Source: Croceibacterium sp.
GTDB taxonomy: Bacteria > Pseudomonadota > Alphaproteobacteria > Sphingomonadales > Sphingomonadaceae
Direction of reading: 5' to 3'
Length of the DNA: 64,000 nt
NCBI GenBank assembly: GCA_035470785.1
Contig: DATIQN010000006.1
Location: 11,111 to 75,110 of the forward strand
Shown here: piece after piece, positions 9,045-19,028 of the stretch
Layout: the number at the start of each line of letters is the position of its first letter
Position numbering within the stretch: the first letter of the stretch is position 1
Position numbers and translations under genes: made by a program
Notes under the pieces: generated by a model
Told to the model about the DNA's origin: nothing
Seen by the model: only the letters and a program-made list of their open reading frames with translations
Database searches by the model: none

Positions 9045-10886
9045 TTACTGATTGTTCTGGCGGCCGAGGAAACGAGGGATACGCAACGATGAACCGCCTT
9101 CATTTTCTTCGTCGTCCTCGTCGGAGGGCTCGGCGCCAGCCCGCGACAAATTGGCCATTCGCTCGAACAATGTACTGCCGGCCGAACCCTTCGGCGGTGG
9201 GGCGCTACCTTGATCATCGTCCGATCCACCCCCGAGCAACCGCCGCCGACGGCCGCCTGAAGGTTGCACCGGCTCGTCCGCCTCGGCCAGGCGATCGGCG
9301 TCGAGCAGCAGCTCGTCCTGCGGGCCTTCCGGCTCCAGTGGTGCTTCCTCCGCGGCTTCCGTCGTCAGCTCGAGCGCATCCTCGCCTTCAGGTTCGCCGG
9401 CGTATCCGCCTTCCCCGGTTCCAAGGCCGCTTCCGGCGAAACCGCCTTCATCGCCCCATTCGTCATCCGAACCGGCGGGCCCGCCCTCGACGTCGCGGTT
9501 GATGCGGGTGCCCGCCAGAGAGGCGAAACCGCCACCCGCCGTTTCGTCCTCGATTTCCTCTTCGGCCTCGTACTCTTCGTCCTCCGTGGCCTCGTCCTCT
9601 TCGTCGTGGAGGCCGGCGTTCGAAGTATAGACATCTGCTTCGGGCATCTGCGGTGCGTACGGTTCGGGCATCCGTGACGCGGCCCCGGAGTGCACCTCCT
9701 CGGCCGAAGCGACAGGCGCGTCAGCCTGATTGCCGTAGCCGCCGGCGTCTTCCTGGCCCCAGCCCCCCTCGTCTCCACCCATCGACAGCCCGGCGGCATG
9801 CTCTGCAGCCGCGGCATCCTCGGCCAGCTCTTCCTCGGTCGGGAGCGGTAGAACGGGCTTCTTCGGGCCTCGCGCGGACGACAGATTGAGCGGCTGGCTC
9901 GCGCGTTCGGCCTGGTCGGCGCTCTGTTCGATGCCGGTGGCAACGACCGAAACGCGAATCTTGCCGTCGAGGTCGGCGTTGAACGCCGAGCCCCAGATGA
10001 TGTTTGCTTCCGGGTCGACCAGCTCGCGGATGTGGTTAGCCGCCTCGTCGATCTCGAGCAGCTTCATGTCCTCGCCGCCGATGATCGAGATGATCACGCC
10101 CTTGGCGCCCTGCATGCTGACGCCGTCGAGCAGCGGGTTGGCGATCGCGCGTTCGGCGGCTTCGAGCGCGCGGTTCTCGCCCGAGCCTTCGCCCGTACCC
10201 ATCATCGCCTTGCCCATCTCGCCCATCACCGAGCGTACGTCGGCGAAGTCGAGGTTGATCAGGCCGGGCATGACCATCAGGTCGGTGATCGAGCGCACCC
10301 CTTGCTGGAGCACCTCGTCGGCCATCTGGAACGCTTCCTTGAAGGTCGTATCGGCTTTGGCGACCAGGAATAGGTTCTGGTTGGGAATAACGATCAGCGT
10401 GTCGACGTGCTTTTGCAGCTCGTCGATGCCGGCATCGGCCGAGCGCATGCGCCGCGTACCCTCGAACAGGAACGGCTTGGTGACCACGCCGACGGTGAGC
10501 ACGCCCTTGCGGCGAGCCACTTCGGCGATCACCGGCGCCGCACCGGTGCCCGTGCCGCCACCCATACCCGCGGCGATAAAGCACATGTTGACGCCTTCGA
10601 GCGCGCGTTCGATCTCCTCGACCGTTTCCTCCGCCGCCGCGCGGCCGACTTCGGGCCGCGAGCCGGCACCGAGGCCTTGGGTGATATCGGGTCCCAACTG
10701 GATGCGATGTTCGGACACCGAGTTATTGAGCGCCTGCGCGTCGGTGTTGGCGACGATGAATTCGACGCCTTCGATTTCGGCCTCGATCATGTTGGCGATG
10801 GCGTTGCCGCCGGCGCCGCCGACGCCGATCACGGTAATCCGTGGGCGCAATTCCTCCACAGAGGGCGGGCCGATATTGATGCTCAT
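9045..10886 (-). CDS. ftsZ: cell division protein FtsZ (long acidic C-terminal linker)
   Basis: Tubulin signature [11 protein letters not shown] and a complete GTPase core. A linker of about 275 aa rich in Asp/Glu/Gly follows, then the conserved C-terminal peptide [10 protein letters not shown]. Confidence 0.97.
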   Translation of the reverse strand: MSINIGPPSVEELRPRITVIGVGGAGGNAIANMIEAEIEGVEFIVANTDAQALNNSVSEHRIQLGPDITQGLGAGSRPEVGRAAAEETVEEIERALEGVNMCFIAAGMGGGTGTGAAPVIAEVARRKGVLTVGVVTKPFLFEGTRRMRSADAGIDELQKHVDTLIVIPNQNLFLVAKADTTFKEAFQMADEVLQQGVRSITDLMVMPGLINLDFADVRSVMGEMGKAMMGTGEGSGENRALEAAERAIANPLLDGVSMQGAKGVIISIIGGEDMKLLEIDEAANHIRELVDPEANIIWGSAFNADLDGKIRVSVVATGIEQSADQAERASQPLNLSSARGPKKPVLPLPTEEELAEDAAAAEHAAGLSMGGDEGGWGQEDAGGYGNQADAPVASAEEVHSGAASRMPEPYAPQMPEADVYTSNAGLHDEEDEATEDEEYEAEEEIEDETAGGGFASLAGTRINRDVEGGPAGSDDEWGDEGGFAGSGLGTGEGGYAGEPEGEDALELTTEAAEEAPLEPEGPQDELLLDADRLAEADEPVQPSGGRRRRLLGGGSDDDQGSAPPPKGSAGSTLFERMANLSRAGAEPSDEDDEENEGGSSLRIPRFLGRQNNQ

Positions 10887-10974
10887 GTCCGTATTCTCCC
10901 GGGTGAGGAGTGTAAAAAATTTATCTTAACGCTTCTGCCACAAAGCGAATCTCCGGCGCAAAAGGTAAATGCCC

Positions 10975-10983
10975 TTATCCACA
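10975..10983 (+). promoter_or_regulatory. consensus DnaA box TTATCCACA in the ftsA-ftsZ spacer
   Basis: Exact 9/9 match to TTATCCACA. It lies 89-97 bp upstream of the ftsZ ATG (10886), inside a 132-bp relatively AT-rich spacer. Confidence 0.45.
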
Positions 10984-11018
10984 GGCGCCTCCTGCTCGGA
11001 TTTTCATTCGCTGAGCCT

Positions 11019-12323
11019 TCAGAAGTACTCCTTCATCGCATGCCACAGCCTTTGCGCCATCGCCGTGGCGCCGTAGCGGCGGGTGATCTGGTGACGAGGA
11101 CCGACCGCGCGGATATCGACCGGATCCTCCGCCGCGTAGAGCACCAGGCCGGCGAGGGTCGCAAATCCCGGCACCGCGTGCGCCTCCGGCAGCCCCTTCA
11201 GCTGCGGCGGGCGGCCGATCCGCACCGGCTTGCCGAGCGCGGCTTGCGCGTAGTCGGCAAGTCCCGCCATTTCGGCACCCCCGCCAGTTATCACCACTTG
11301 CCGGTTGCGCGTTGCGGATTTGCCCGACGAGCCGCCCGAAAAGCCCTGCGCCTCGAGCGCGCGGCCGACGTCGCTGACCAGCCGGTCGAGCTCGCCGGTA
11401 ATGACCGCGATCAGTTCCGAGCGGGCAATCCGGTTCTGCTCATCCGCTCCACGCGCGACCGGTCCCGGCCGCTCGTCCGACGGGCCGTTGACTGCGACGA
11501 GCTCGCGATGGTCGGTGGGGCTGGCGATCGCCGAGCCGTGGACGCACTTGAGCCGCTCGGCCTGGAAGCGGCGGATGCCGAAAGCGCTGGCAATCGCGTC
11601 GGTGATGTCCGCCGAACCCATCGGGATCGCGGTTAGGCCGACGAGCATCCCCGCGGCGAACACCGCGACATTGGTCACCTCGGCGCCGAGTTCGACGAGC
11701 GCCACGCCGAGGTCGCGTTCTTCGGCGGTCAGGCAGGCATACCCTGCGGCCAGCGGGGAAGCGACGATGCCTTCGACTTCGAGGTGTGCGTTCTCGACCG
11801 CCTCGCGCAAATTGCGCATTGGCGCGCCGTCGGCAAGCATGGTGTGGATGTCGACCCCGAGCCGTTCGGCGTGGAGGCCCTTGGGATTGGCGATGCCTTC
11901 GGCACCATCGAGGAAATAGCACGCCGGCTGCGCGTGAAGAACCATGCGCCCGTCGGGCTCGAGCGCGTTGCGCGCGGCGGTGAGCAACTGCTCGATGTCT
12001 TCTTCCTCGATCCGGCGGCCGCCGATCTCGATCTCGATCTGGCTGATCCGACTGGCGAGCCCAGCGCCCGAAGCGCCAAGCCAGACGCTCTGCACGGTAA
12101 GGCCGGCGAGCTTTTCTGCGCGCTCGAGCGCGTCGCGCACAGCGTATGTCGCCGCCGCCATGTCGGTGACGTAGCCACGCTTGATCCCTTGCGCAGCACG
12201 GTGGCCGGAGCCGAGCACGGTCATCTCGCCGCTCTCCGATATCCCCGCAATCATCGCCGAAACGCGGAAGCTGCCGATATTTACCGCCGCGAACACGCGG
12301 GCAATGCGCGGTTGGCTCGCCAT
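11019..12323 (-). CDS. ftsA: cell division protein FtsA
   Basis: 434 aa with an actin/HSP70-like fold (AVNIGSFRVSAMIAG..., VITGGGAEMAGL). The position between ftsQ and ftsZ is canonical. Confidence 0.95.
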   Translation of the reverse strand: MASQPRIARVFAAVNIGSFRVSAMIAGISESGEMTVLGSGHRAAQGIKRGYVTDMAAATYAVRDALERAEKLAGLTVQSVWLGASGAGLASRISQIEIEIGGRRIEEEDIEQLLTAARNALEPDGRMVLHAQPACYFLDGAEGIANPKGLHAERLGVDIHTMLADGAPMRNLREAVENAHLEVEGIVASPLAAGYACLTAEERDLGVALVELGAEVTNVAVFAAGMLVGLTAIPMGSADITDAIASAFGIRRFQAERLKCVHGSAIASPTDHRELVAVNGPSDERPGPVARGADEQNRIARSELIAVITGELDRLVSDVGRALEAQGFSGGSSGKSATRNRQVVITGGGAEMAGLADYAQAALGKPVRIGRPPQLKGLPEAHAVPGFATLAGLVLYAAEDPVDIRAVGPRHQITRRYGATAMAQRLWHAMKEYF

Positions 12324-13240
12324 CAGGTGGTTCCCCCTTCAACAACGGGCGGCTTGCCCTCGTCCGCGCACGCCGGGCAGCGCATGTAGATCCGCTCGGG
12401 CGTGCGCATGTCGAACGCGACGACCTTGCCGCCGATCAGCCGGTTGACCCCGTCGAGGCGGGCGAACTCGATCAGCGCCTTGGCCCCCTGATCGTCGCCT
12501 TGCGGCAGTGCGAGCACCTGGCCGGTCTTGAAGGTCAGGTTCCAGCGCCGATTGCCGATCCATTCGGCGGCGACCACTTCCGGACGGATCGCGGGTGCCG
12601 CTTCAAGGAGGCTGGACAACGCCTCGACCTGGGCTTGCGCGCCGGGGCCGGAGATCAACAGCATGCCCTTGGCCCGGACTTCGGAAATCGGTTCGAGCTC
12701 GTGGCCCGTCGCGTCGATCAGCACCAGGTGATCGGGCTTGCGCAGAACCGCGTGCGGCGTGCGCTCGACGATATCGACCACGATCCGGTCGGGAAGCTGG
12801 CGCGAAACGCGCGCGTCCTGAACCCAGCTCAGCGTCATCACCTTTGTGCGCAGCGCCTGCAGGTCGACCCGGGTCATCGCCCGGTTCCGCTCCCCCAGGA
12901 CCTGGTCATAGACCTTGAGCTGGTTGAGGCGTTTGGTGCCGCGCACATCGACGCTGCTGACCTCGAACCCGGCGTTGGCGGCGGCCTGCGCGACCTTCTC
13001 GGTCACCAACAATGTCAGCCCGGCCAGGCTGGCGACGAACCAGGCCAGCACGGCGAGGCCGAGCAGGATCGCGATGAGGAACGTCTTGTGCAGCTGCTCC
13101 TCGGTGAAGGGCAGCTTGCGCATCAGCCAGTCGACCAGCGAGTTGGTCTTCTGCTTCGCCTGGCGGACCTGACGATGGGTATCTTGCGCTCGCGCCTGGC
13201 GGCGAACCCCGGTGGCCTTGCGGCGGATCGTCTGCACCAT
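12323..13240 (-). CDS. ftsQ: cell division protein FtsQ
   Basis: Start taken at ATG 13240 (MVQTIRRKATG...). There is a basic cytoplasmic tail, one TM segment (FLIAILLGLAVLAWFVASLAGL), then POTRA and FtsQ domains. The ATG shares one nt with the ddl stop (TGATG). The 87 upstream codons in the ORF track overlap ddl and were rejected. Confidence 0.88.
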   Translation of the reverse strand: MVQTIRRKATGVRRQARAQDTHRQVRQAKQKTNSLVDWLMRKLPFTEEQLHKTFLIAILLGLAVLAWFVASLAGLTLLVTEKVAQAAANAGFEVSSVDVRGTKRLNQLKVYDQVLGERNRAMTRVDLQALRTKVMTLSWVQDARVSRQLPDRIVVDIVERTPHAVLRKPDHLVLIDATGHELEPISEVRAKGMLLISGPGAQAQVEALSSLLEAAPAIRPEVVAAEWIGNRRWNLTFKTGQVLALPQGDDQGAKALIEFARLDGVNRLIGGKVVAFDMRTPERIYMRCPACADEGKPPVVEGGTT

Positions 13241-14205
13241 CAGGCCGCTCCCTCGGTGACGGGGAGCTTGCCGAAGTGGCGCAGCGCGTCCTCGATGATG
13301 ATCTCGACCAACTCGCCATATTCGATGCCGCAGTGGCGCGCCTGTTCGGGGACCAAGCTGAGCGGCGTCATTCCCGGCTGGGTGTTGGTTTCGAGCAGGA
13401 ACAGCCCGTCCTGCCCAAGCTCGTCGTCCCAGCGGAAGTCCGAGCGGCTGCATCCGCGGCAGCCCAGCAGGCGGTGGGCCTGGAGGGCGTAGTCGAGGCA
13501 CAGCCGGGTGATTTCTTCCGGGACCTTCGCCGGGCAGACGTGCTCGGTCATCCCGTCAGTGTACTTCGCGTCGAAATCGTAGAAGCCGCTCTTGGGCACC
13601 AGCTCGGTGACCATCAGCGCGCGGTCGCCGAGCACCGCCGCAGTTAGCTCGCGCCCGCGAATGTACGGTTCGCACATCAGGCTTTCGAATTGCTGCCACG
13701 GTCCCTTGGCGTCGCGGCTGATCGGATTGCCGTAATTGCCCTCGGCGGTGACGATCGCCACGCCAACCGAGGAACCCTCGTTGACCGGCTTTAGCACATA
13801 GGGCCGCCCCAGCGGATCGCCGTCGTACAGCTCCGCGCTGCGAACGATGCGCCCGCCGGGCATCGGGATCCCGTGGGGGACCAGCGCGTGCTTGGTCAGC
13901 TCCTTGTCGATGGCTATGACCGAAGTGGCGAGGCCCGAATGGGTATAAGGCACGCCCATCAGGTCCATCATGCCCTGCACGGTGCCGTCTTCGCCCGGCA
14001 CGCCGTGGAGCGCGTTGAACACGATGTCGGGCTTCGTCTCGTGCAGCCGCAGCGCGACCTCACGGTCCATGTCGATCCGCGTCACACGATGCCCGCGTTC
14101 CTCGAGCGCTTTGGCGACGCCCTCGCCGCTCATCAGCGACACCGGCCGCTCGCTCGCCCAGCCGCCCATCAGGACAGCGACGTGGAGGTTGGGGAGGCGG
14201 CTCAT
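13240..14205 (-). CDS. ddl: D-alanine--D-alanine ligase
   Basis: ATP-grasp Ddl (HVAVLMGGWASEREVSLMSG, LHGVPGEDGTVQG, EPYIRGRELT, LETNTQPGMT). The ATG at 14205 makes an ATGA overlap with the murB stop. Confidence 0.95.
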   Translation of the reverse strand: MSRLPNLHVAVLMGGWASERPVSLMSGEGVAKALEERGHRVTRIDMDREVALRLHETKPDIVFNALHGVPGEDGTVQGMMDLMGVPYTHSGLATSVIAIDKELTKHALVPHGIPMPGGRIVRSAELYDGDPLGRPYVLKPVNEGSSVGVAIVTAEGNYGNPISRDAKGPWQQFESLMCEPYIRGRELTAAVLGDRALMVTELVPKSGFYDFDAKYTDGMTEHVCPAKVPEEITRLCLDYALQAHRLLGCRGCSRSDFRWDDELGQDGLFLLETNTQPGMTPLSLVPEQARHCGIEYGELVEIIIEDALRHFGKLPVTEGAA

Positions 14206-15164
14206 GGGCGCCCCACCCGCTGGATTTCCCATTCGAGGCTCACGCCCTGGCTTTCGGAAACGCGGCGGCGGACTTCCTCGCCGAGGCCTTCGATGTCGGC
14301 GCTGGTCGCCCCGCCGGTGTTGATGAGGAAATTGGCATGCTTCTCACTGACTTGGGCGCCGCCGATTTTGAAGCCGCGGCAGCCGGCGGCGTCGACCAGG
14401 CGCCAAGCCTTGTCGCCCGGCGGGTTCTTGAAGGTCGAGCCGCCGGTCTTGGTGCGCAGCGGCTGCGATTCCTCGCGTGCTGCGGCGATGCGGTCCATTT
14501 CCGCGCCGATAGCCTTGGGATCGCCCGGCGTGCCGCGGAAACGCGCCGATACGACGATCGCGCCGTCGGGCAGCGCCGAGTGACGGTACGAATAGCGCAG
14601 CTCGCTAGCCGCGAGGCGCACGAGATGGCCGTCGGGCATGACGACGTCGCAGTCGACGAGGATGTCGGCCACCTCGCGCCCGTAAGCGCCACCGTTCATC
14701 CGCACGAAGCCGCCGACGGTACCGGGAATGCCGCGCAGGAACTCAAGGCCCGTTATCCCGGCGTCGCGGGCGGTTGATGACACGAGGATGCCGCTCGCTC
14801 CGCCGCCGCAGCGCAGCTCATGGTTGGGCAGCACTTCAACTTGGGAAAAGGCTTTGCCGAGGCGCACGACAACGCCGGGTACCCCGCCGTCGCGGACGAT
14901 CAGGTTCGAACCCAGCCCGAGCGCCATGACCGGCGTGCCTTCTTCCAGCCCTCCTAGGAAGGTCAGGAGGTCGTCGAGGTCTTCCGGCTCGAACAGCCAG
15001 TCGGCCGGGCCGCCGCTCTTGAACCACACCAGCTTGGCGAGCGGCGCGTCACGCGTGAGCTTACCGCGGACCTTGCCACCGGCAAACCCGGCGGGCGCCA
15101 GGGCGCCTTCCGACTGCGGTGTGCGGGTCCAGTCGCCCAGATGCTCGTTCGGCTGGCGGATCAT
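14202..15164 (-). CDS. murB: UDP-N-acetylenolpyruvoylglucosamine reductase
   Basis: FAD-binding PCMH domain plus the MurB C-terminal domain ([31 protein letters not shown]). The ATG at 15164 makes an ATGA overlap with the murC stop. Confidence 0.94.
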   Translation of the reverse strand: MIRQPNEHLGDWTRTPQSEGALAPAGFAGGKVRGKLTRDAPLAKLVWFKSGGPADWLFEPEDLDDLLTFLGGLEEGTPVMALGLGSNLIVRDGGVPGVVVRLGKAFSQVEVLPNHELRCGGGASGILVSSTARDAGITGLEFLRGIPGTVGGFVRMNGGAYGREVADILVDCDVVMPDGHLVRLAASELRYSYRHSALPDGAIVVSARFRGTPGDPKAIGAEMDRIAAAREESQPLRTKTGGSTFKNPPGDKAWRLVDAAGCRGFKIGGAQVSEKHANFLINTGGATSADIEGLGEEVRRRVSESQGVSLEWEIQRVGRP

Positions 15165-16576
15165 GCGGCTCGCTCCCGCTTGCCAGCGATCGCCGCCGCC
15201 AGCCCCGCAGCCCATTTGGTGATGTCGCCCGCGCCCAGGCAGACGACGAAATCGCCCGGCTTGATCACCTGCGCCAGCTCCGCTGCCAGCTCGTCGGGAC
15301 CGGCGATCTCGCTCGCCGAGCGATGTCCGCTCGCGCGCATGCCGTCAACGAGGTGGGCGGAATCGATGCCCGGGATCGGCAGCTCGCCTGCCGGGTAAAC
15401 CGGCGCGGCGTAGACGATGTCGGCGTCGTTGAACGCGGTCTGGAACTCGCGCATCAGGTCGCGCAGGCGGGTGTAGCGGTGCGGCTGGACGACCGCGATG
15501 ACCTGGCCACGCGAGGCTTCGCGCGCGGCGGAAAGAACCGCGCGGATTTCGACCGGGTGGTGCGCGTAGTCGTCGATGATCGTCGCGCCGGCCACCTCGC
15601 CGACGCGGGTGAAGCGCCGCCGCACGCCGCCGAACTGAGCGAAACCGTTCCGGATCGTGTCGTCGCTGCAGCCCATCTCGAGCGCCACGCCGATCGCCGC
15701 AAGCGCATTCTGGACGTTGTGTCGCCCGGGCATGGGTAAGAGCATGTTGCTGATGCGCCGTTCCGTGCCGTCCCGGTCGCGCAACACGGCATCAAACAAG
15801 TTGCCGCTGTCGCGACTGCGAATGTTCTCGCCGCGCAAGTCGGCTTGGGCTGACAGGCCGTAAGTCAGCACGCGCCGGTCGCGGACCTTGCCGATCACGG
15901 CCTGCACCTCCGGATGATCGATGCACAACACCGCGAGGCCGTAGAACGGCACGTTCTCGATGAATTCGACGAAAGCCTGCTTGACCGCGTCGAACGAGCC
16001 GTAGTGATCAAGATGCTCGGGATCGATGTTGGTGACGACCGCGATCGTGCCGTCGAGCCGCAGGAAGCTGCCGTCGCTTTCGTCGGCTTCGACCACCATC
16101 CATTCGCTGGCGCCGAGCCGCGCGTTCGAGCCGTAGCTTTCGATGATTCCGCCGTTGATAACCGTCGGATCAATCCCGCCGGCATCGAGCAACGCGGCGA
16201 CCATGCTCGTTGTAGTGGTCTTACCGTGGGTCCCGGCGACGGCTACTGTCTTCTTGAGCCGCATCAGCTCGGCGAGCATTTCCGCGCGGCGAACCACCGG
16301 AATTCGCCGTTCGAGCGCGGCGGCGACTTCGGGGTTGTCGCGTTTTACCGCGGTTGAAGTCACCACCACCGCCGCATCGCCCAGGTTCCTGGCATCGTGG
16401 CCGACGAAGACCTTGATTCCGCGCTTGCGCAGGCGTTCGACCGAAGCGCTCTCGCTCAGGTCCGAGCCCTGTACCGTGTAGCCGAGATTGCACATCACCT
16501 CGGCGATGCCGGACATGCCGATGCCGCCGATACCGACGAAATGGATCGTGCCGATGTCGGTGCCGACCCCTTGCAT
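15161..16576 (-). CDS. murC: UDP-N-acetylmuramate--L-alanine ligase
   Basis: 471 aa. Motifs [17 protein letters not shown] and [11 protein letters not shown], with Mur ligase middle and C-terminal domains. Confidence 0.97.
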   Translation of the reverse strand: MQGVGTDIGTIHFVGIGGIGMSGIAEVMCNLGYTVQGSDLSESASVERLRKRGIKVFVGHDARNLGDAAVVVTSTAVKRDNPEVAAALERRIPVVRRAEMLAELMRLKKTVAVAGTHGKTTTTSMVAALLDAGGIDPTVINGGIIESYGSNARLGASEWMVVEADESDGSFLRLDGTIAVVTNIDPEHLDHYGSFDAVKQAFVEFIENVPFYGLAVLCIDHPEVQAVIGKVRDRRVLTYGLSAQADLRGENIRSRDSGNLFDAVLRDRDGTERRISNMLLPMPGRHNVQNALAAIGVALEMGCSDDTIRNGFAQFGGVRRRFTRVGEVAGATIIDDYAHHPVEIRAVLSAAREASRGQVIAVVQPHRYTRLRDLMREFQTAFNDADIVYAAPVYPAGELPIPGIDSAHLVDGMRASGHRSASEIAGPDELAAELAQVIKPGDFVVCLGAGDITKWAAGLAAAIAGKRERAA

Positions 16577-17805
16577 CAGCGTTCCCCGACGCAGCGATCG
16601 AGATGCTGCGCGAGCGGGCCGAGGACAGTATCTTCAATCTCGAAGTGCGCGGCGGTGGCGCGCGCCGCCGATTTGGCCGGGGCGGAACGGTCCACTCTGA
16701 TCACGTCCTGGATCGCCGACCCGCCGAAGCTTTCGACAAGGTCGGCAAGGTCCTTCGCCGCATTGGGCCGGCCACAATTCCACGCCGCGTGCGCCGCGGT
16801 GGCGAGCGTCTCGGGATGCTGCGCCATCGCCTGGATCTGCTTGGCCAGTTCCTTGGCGGTGAACTTGTGCTGGCGGATCGAGCGCGCGCCGCCCGCCTTG
16901 ACCATCTCGCGCGCGTTGGCGGCCTGGTGGTCGTCGGTGGCGATCGGCAGCGGGATCAGGATCGCCGGGCGGCCGACATCGGTCAGTTCGGCGATCGTCG
17001 AAGCGCCGGCGCGGCCGATGAACAGGTGAGCGTCGGCGAGCCGCGCTTCCATGTCCTCGAAGTAAGTGCCGAGCTCGGCCGGAATGTGATGGTTGGCGTA
17101 GCGCTCGCGGACCGCGTCGAGGTCCTCGGCGCGGCACTGCTGGGTGACTTGCAGGCGGCTGCGCAGCGCCGGAGGTAACATGGCGAGGCCATCCGGGACT
17201 ATCTCCGACAACACCCGCGCGCCCTGGCTGCCGCCGGTCACCAGCACGCGCAGCAAGCCATCCTGGGTGAACGCCGGAAACGGCTCGTCACGCAGCGCGA
17301 GGACTTGCGGGCGGACCGGATTGCCGACGAGGTGGACTTTATCGAGGTACTTGGGCTTGAGGCGGTCGACATCGGGGTATGCAGTGGCGATGGCGTCGAC
17401 CCGTGGGGCAAGCAATCGATTGACCCGGCCGAGCACGGCGTTCTGCTCGTGGATCACCGAGCCGATCCCGGCCGAACGCGCCGCGAGCAGCGCGGGAAGC
17501 GCTGGATAACCGCCGAAACCGATCACCGCGCTCGGCTCGAAGCTCTCGAACAATCGCAGGGCCATCCGCCGGCCTTCGAGCACCGCGGCGATGGCCTTGG
17601 GCCACCCGAGCGGGTTCTTGCCGAAGCGCCCGGCGGGCAACACGTGCGCGGGCAGGAAGTCGGGCTTGCCGGGAATCTCGGCGCCCCGCTTGTCGGTTAT
17701 CAGCGCGACGTGATGGCCGCGCCGCTCCAGCTCATAGGCGAGCGCGAACGCCGGCGTCAGGTGACCGCCGGTGCCGCCCGCCGCAAGGACGTAGTGCCGC
17801 GTCAC
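16576..17805 (-). CDS. murG: undecaprenyldiphospho-muramoylpentapeptide beta-N-acetylglucosaminyltransferase (with about 48-aa C-terminal tail)
   Basis: GT28 fold ([23 protein letters not shown]). The GTG start makes a GTGA overlap with the ftsW stop. The reading frame stays open about 150 nt past the usual MurG end and runs up to the murC start. Confidence 0.93.
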   Translation of the reverse strand: MTRHYVLAAGGTGGHLTPAFALAYELERRGHHVALITDKRGAEIPGKPDFLPAHVLPAGRFGKNPLGWPKAIAAVLEGRRMALRLFESFEPSAVIGFGGYPALPALLAARSAGIGSVIHEQNAVLGRVNRLLAPRVDAIATAYPDVDRLKPKYLDKVHLVGNPVRPQVLALRDEPFPAFTQDGLLRVLVTGGSQGARVLSEIVPDGLAMLPPALRSRLQVTQQCRAEDLDAVRERYANHHIPAELGTYFEDMEARLADAHLFIGRAGASTIAELTDVGRPAILIPLPIATDDHQAANAREMVKAGGARSIRQHKFTAKELAKQIQAMAQHPETLATAAHAAWNCGRPNAAKDLADLVESFGGSAIQDVIRVDRSAPAKSAARATAAHFEIEDTVLGPLAQHLDRCVGER

Positions 17806-19028
17806 CGGAGTTTTTCCTGCCGGTCCAGTGCCCCGGCGAGCCCGAGCCCTTCGCGGCTAAGGAACGGGTTGCGCCGCGTCAGCGCCAGCAGCAGGCCGAC
17901 GGTAACGCATTGGGCGATGGTCGACGAGCCGCCGTAACTTACCAGCGGCAGCGTCATGCCCTTCGAAGGAAACAACTGCAGGTTGACCAGCACGTTGATG
18001 AATGCCTGCCCGCCGAACAGCGCGGCAAGGCCGGTGCAGGCGAGGACCGTGAAGAGGTTCTCCTCCTCGACCAGGCGGATGATGACCTTGAGCACGATCG
18101 CAAGATACAACAGGACCACCAGCGCGCACACCAGCAGCCCGAATTCCTCGCCGATGACCGAGAAGATGTAGTCGGTGTGCGCCTCGGGCAGCTGCATCTT
18201 GCGCTGGCCGAGCCACAGGCCCGTGCCCGTCCACCCACCGGCCAGCAATGTGCGGCTGGCGAGGTCGACCTGGTCGAACGCGGTGCCGCCGCCGAGGAAG
18301 CTGTCGATCCGGTGCCGCGCATTCTCGTAGAAGAAATAAGCCAGCACGAGCGCGCCGACGCCGCCGCCGCCGGCCATCACGATCCGCTTCATCGGCATCC
18401 CGGCGAGCATCGCCACCACCAGCCATGCGCCGACAAACAGGATCGCATCGCCGAGATCGGGCTGGGCCATGAGCAACACGGCGACGAGCGCCATCAGACT
18501 GCCGCTGATCGCGATCACCGGAAGCGTCGCGTCGCGCAGCTTCCATGACAGGATCCACGCTATCAGGATGGCGTAGGCCGGCTTGAGGAACTCACTCGGC
18601 TGGAAGCGCATGCCGATGCTGATCCAGCGTTTAGCGCCGTTGACCTCGCTGCCAATCACGGGGACTAGCATGAGAAACACCAGCATGGCCGCCCCCAGGA
18701 TGATCCCGCCACGGCGAGCCCGGTCGCGCGGCGCCATCGAGACGCCAAGCATCACGCACACGCCGACGAACTGCCAGCGCAAGTGCGCCCACAGGAAGTA
18801 AAGATCGTCGAGTTTGCCGCCGTTTGCTGAGAGCCGCCGCGCGCTCGCCGGCGAGGCGGCGGCCACGGCTATGGCGCCGATCCCCATCAGCGCCAGCACG
18901 AGCGCGAGCAGCACGTGGTCGATCTCGCGCCACCAGACGCGCAGCTGGGCGGCCCGGCTGCGCTTGAAGCGCGGCGCGACCGGGGCGCGTTCGCCCGGGC
19001 GCGGGATGTAGGGGCGCGCGCTGGTCAT
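17802..19028 (-). CDS. ftsW: peptidoglycan glycosyltransferase FtsW (SEDS family)
   Basis: 408 aa with 10 predicted TM segments. SEDS motifs are present (QPSEFLKPA, PEAHTDYIFSVIGEEFG, PSKGMTLPLVSYGGSS). Confidence 0.95.
   Translation of the reverse strand: MTSARPYIPRPGERAPVAPRFKRSRAAQLRVWWREIDHVLLALVLALMGIGAIAVAAASPASARRLSANGGKLDDLYFLWAHLRWQFVGVCVMLGVSMAPRDRARRGGIILGAAMLVFLMLVPVIGSEVNGAKRWISIGMRFQPSEFLKPAYAILIAWILSWKLRDATLPVIAISGSLMALVAVLLMAQPDLGDAILFVGAWLVVAMLAGMPMKRIVMAGGGGVGALVLAYFFYENARHRIDSFLGGGTAFDQVDLASRTLLAGGWTGTGLWLGQRKMQLPEAHTDYIFSVIGEEFGLLVCALVVLLYLAIVLKVIIRLVEEENLFTVLACTGLAALFGGQAFINVLVNLQLFPSKGMTLPLVSYGGSSTIAQCVTVGLLLALTRRNPFLSREGLGLAGALDRQEKLR

Noticed and set aside
10918-10931. 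Possible CtrA box near the ftsZ promoter
   Set aside because: Only a TTAAC half-site is present (10925-10929). The required TTAA seven nt upstream is AAAA, so it does not fit TTAA-N7-TTAAC.
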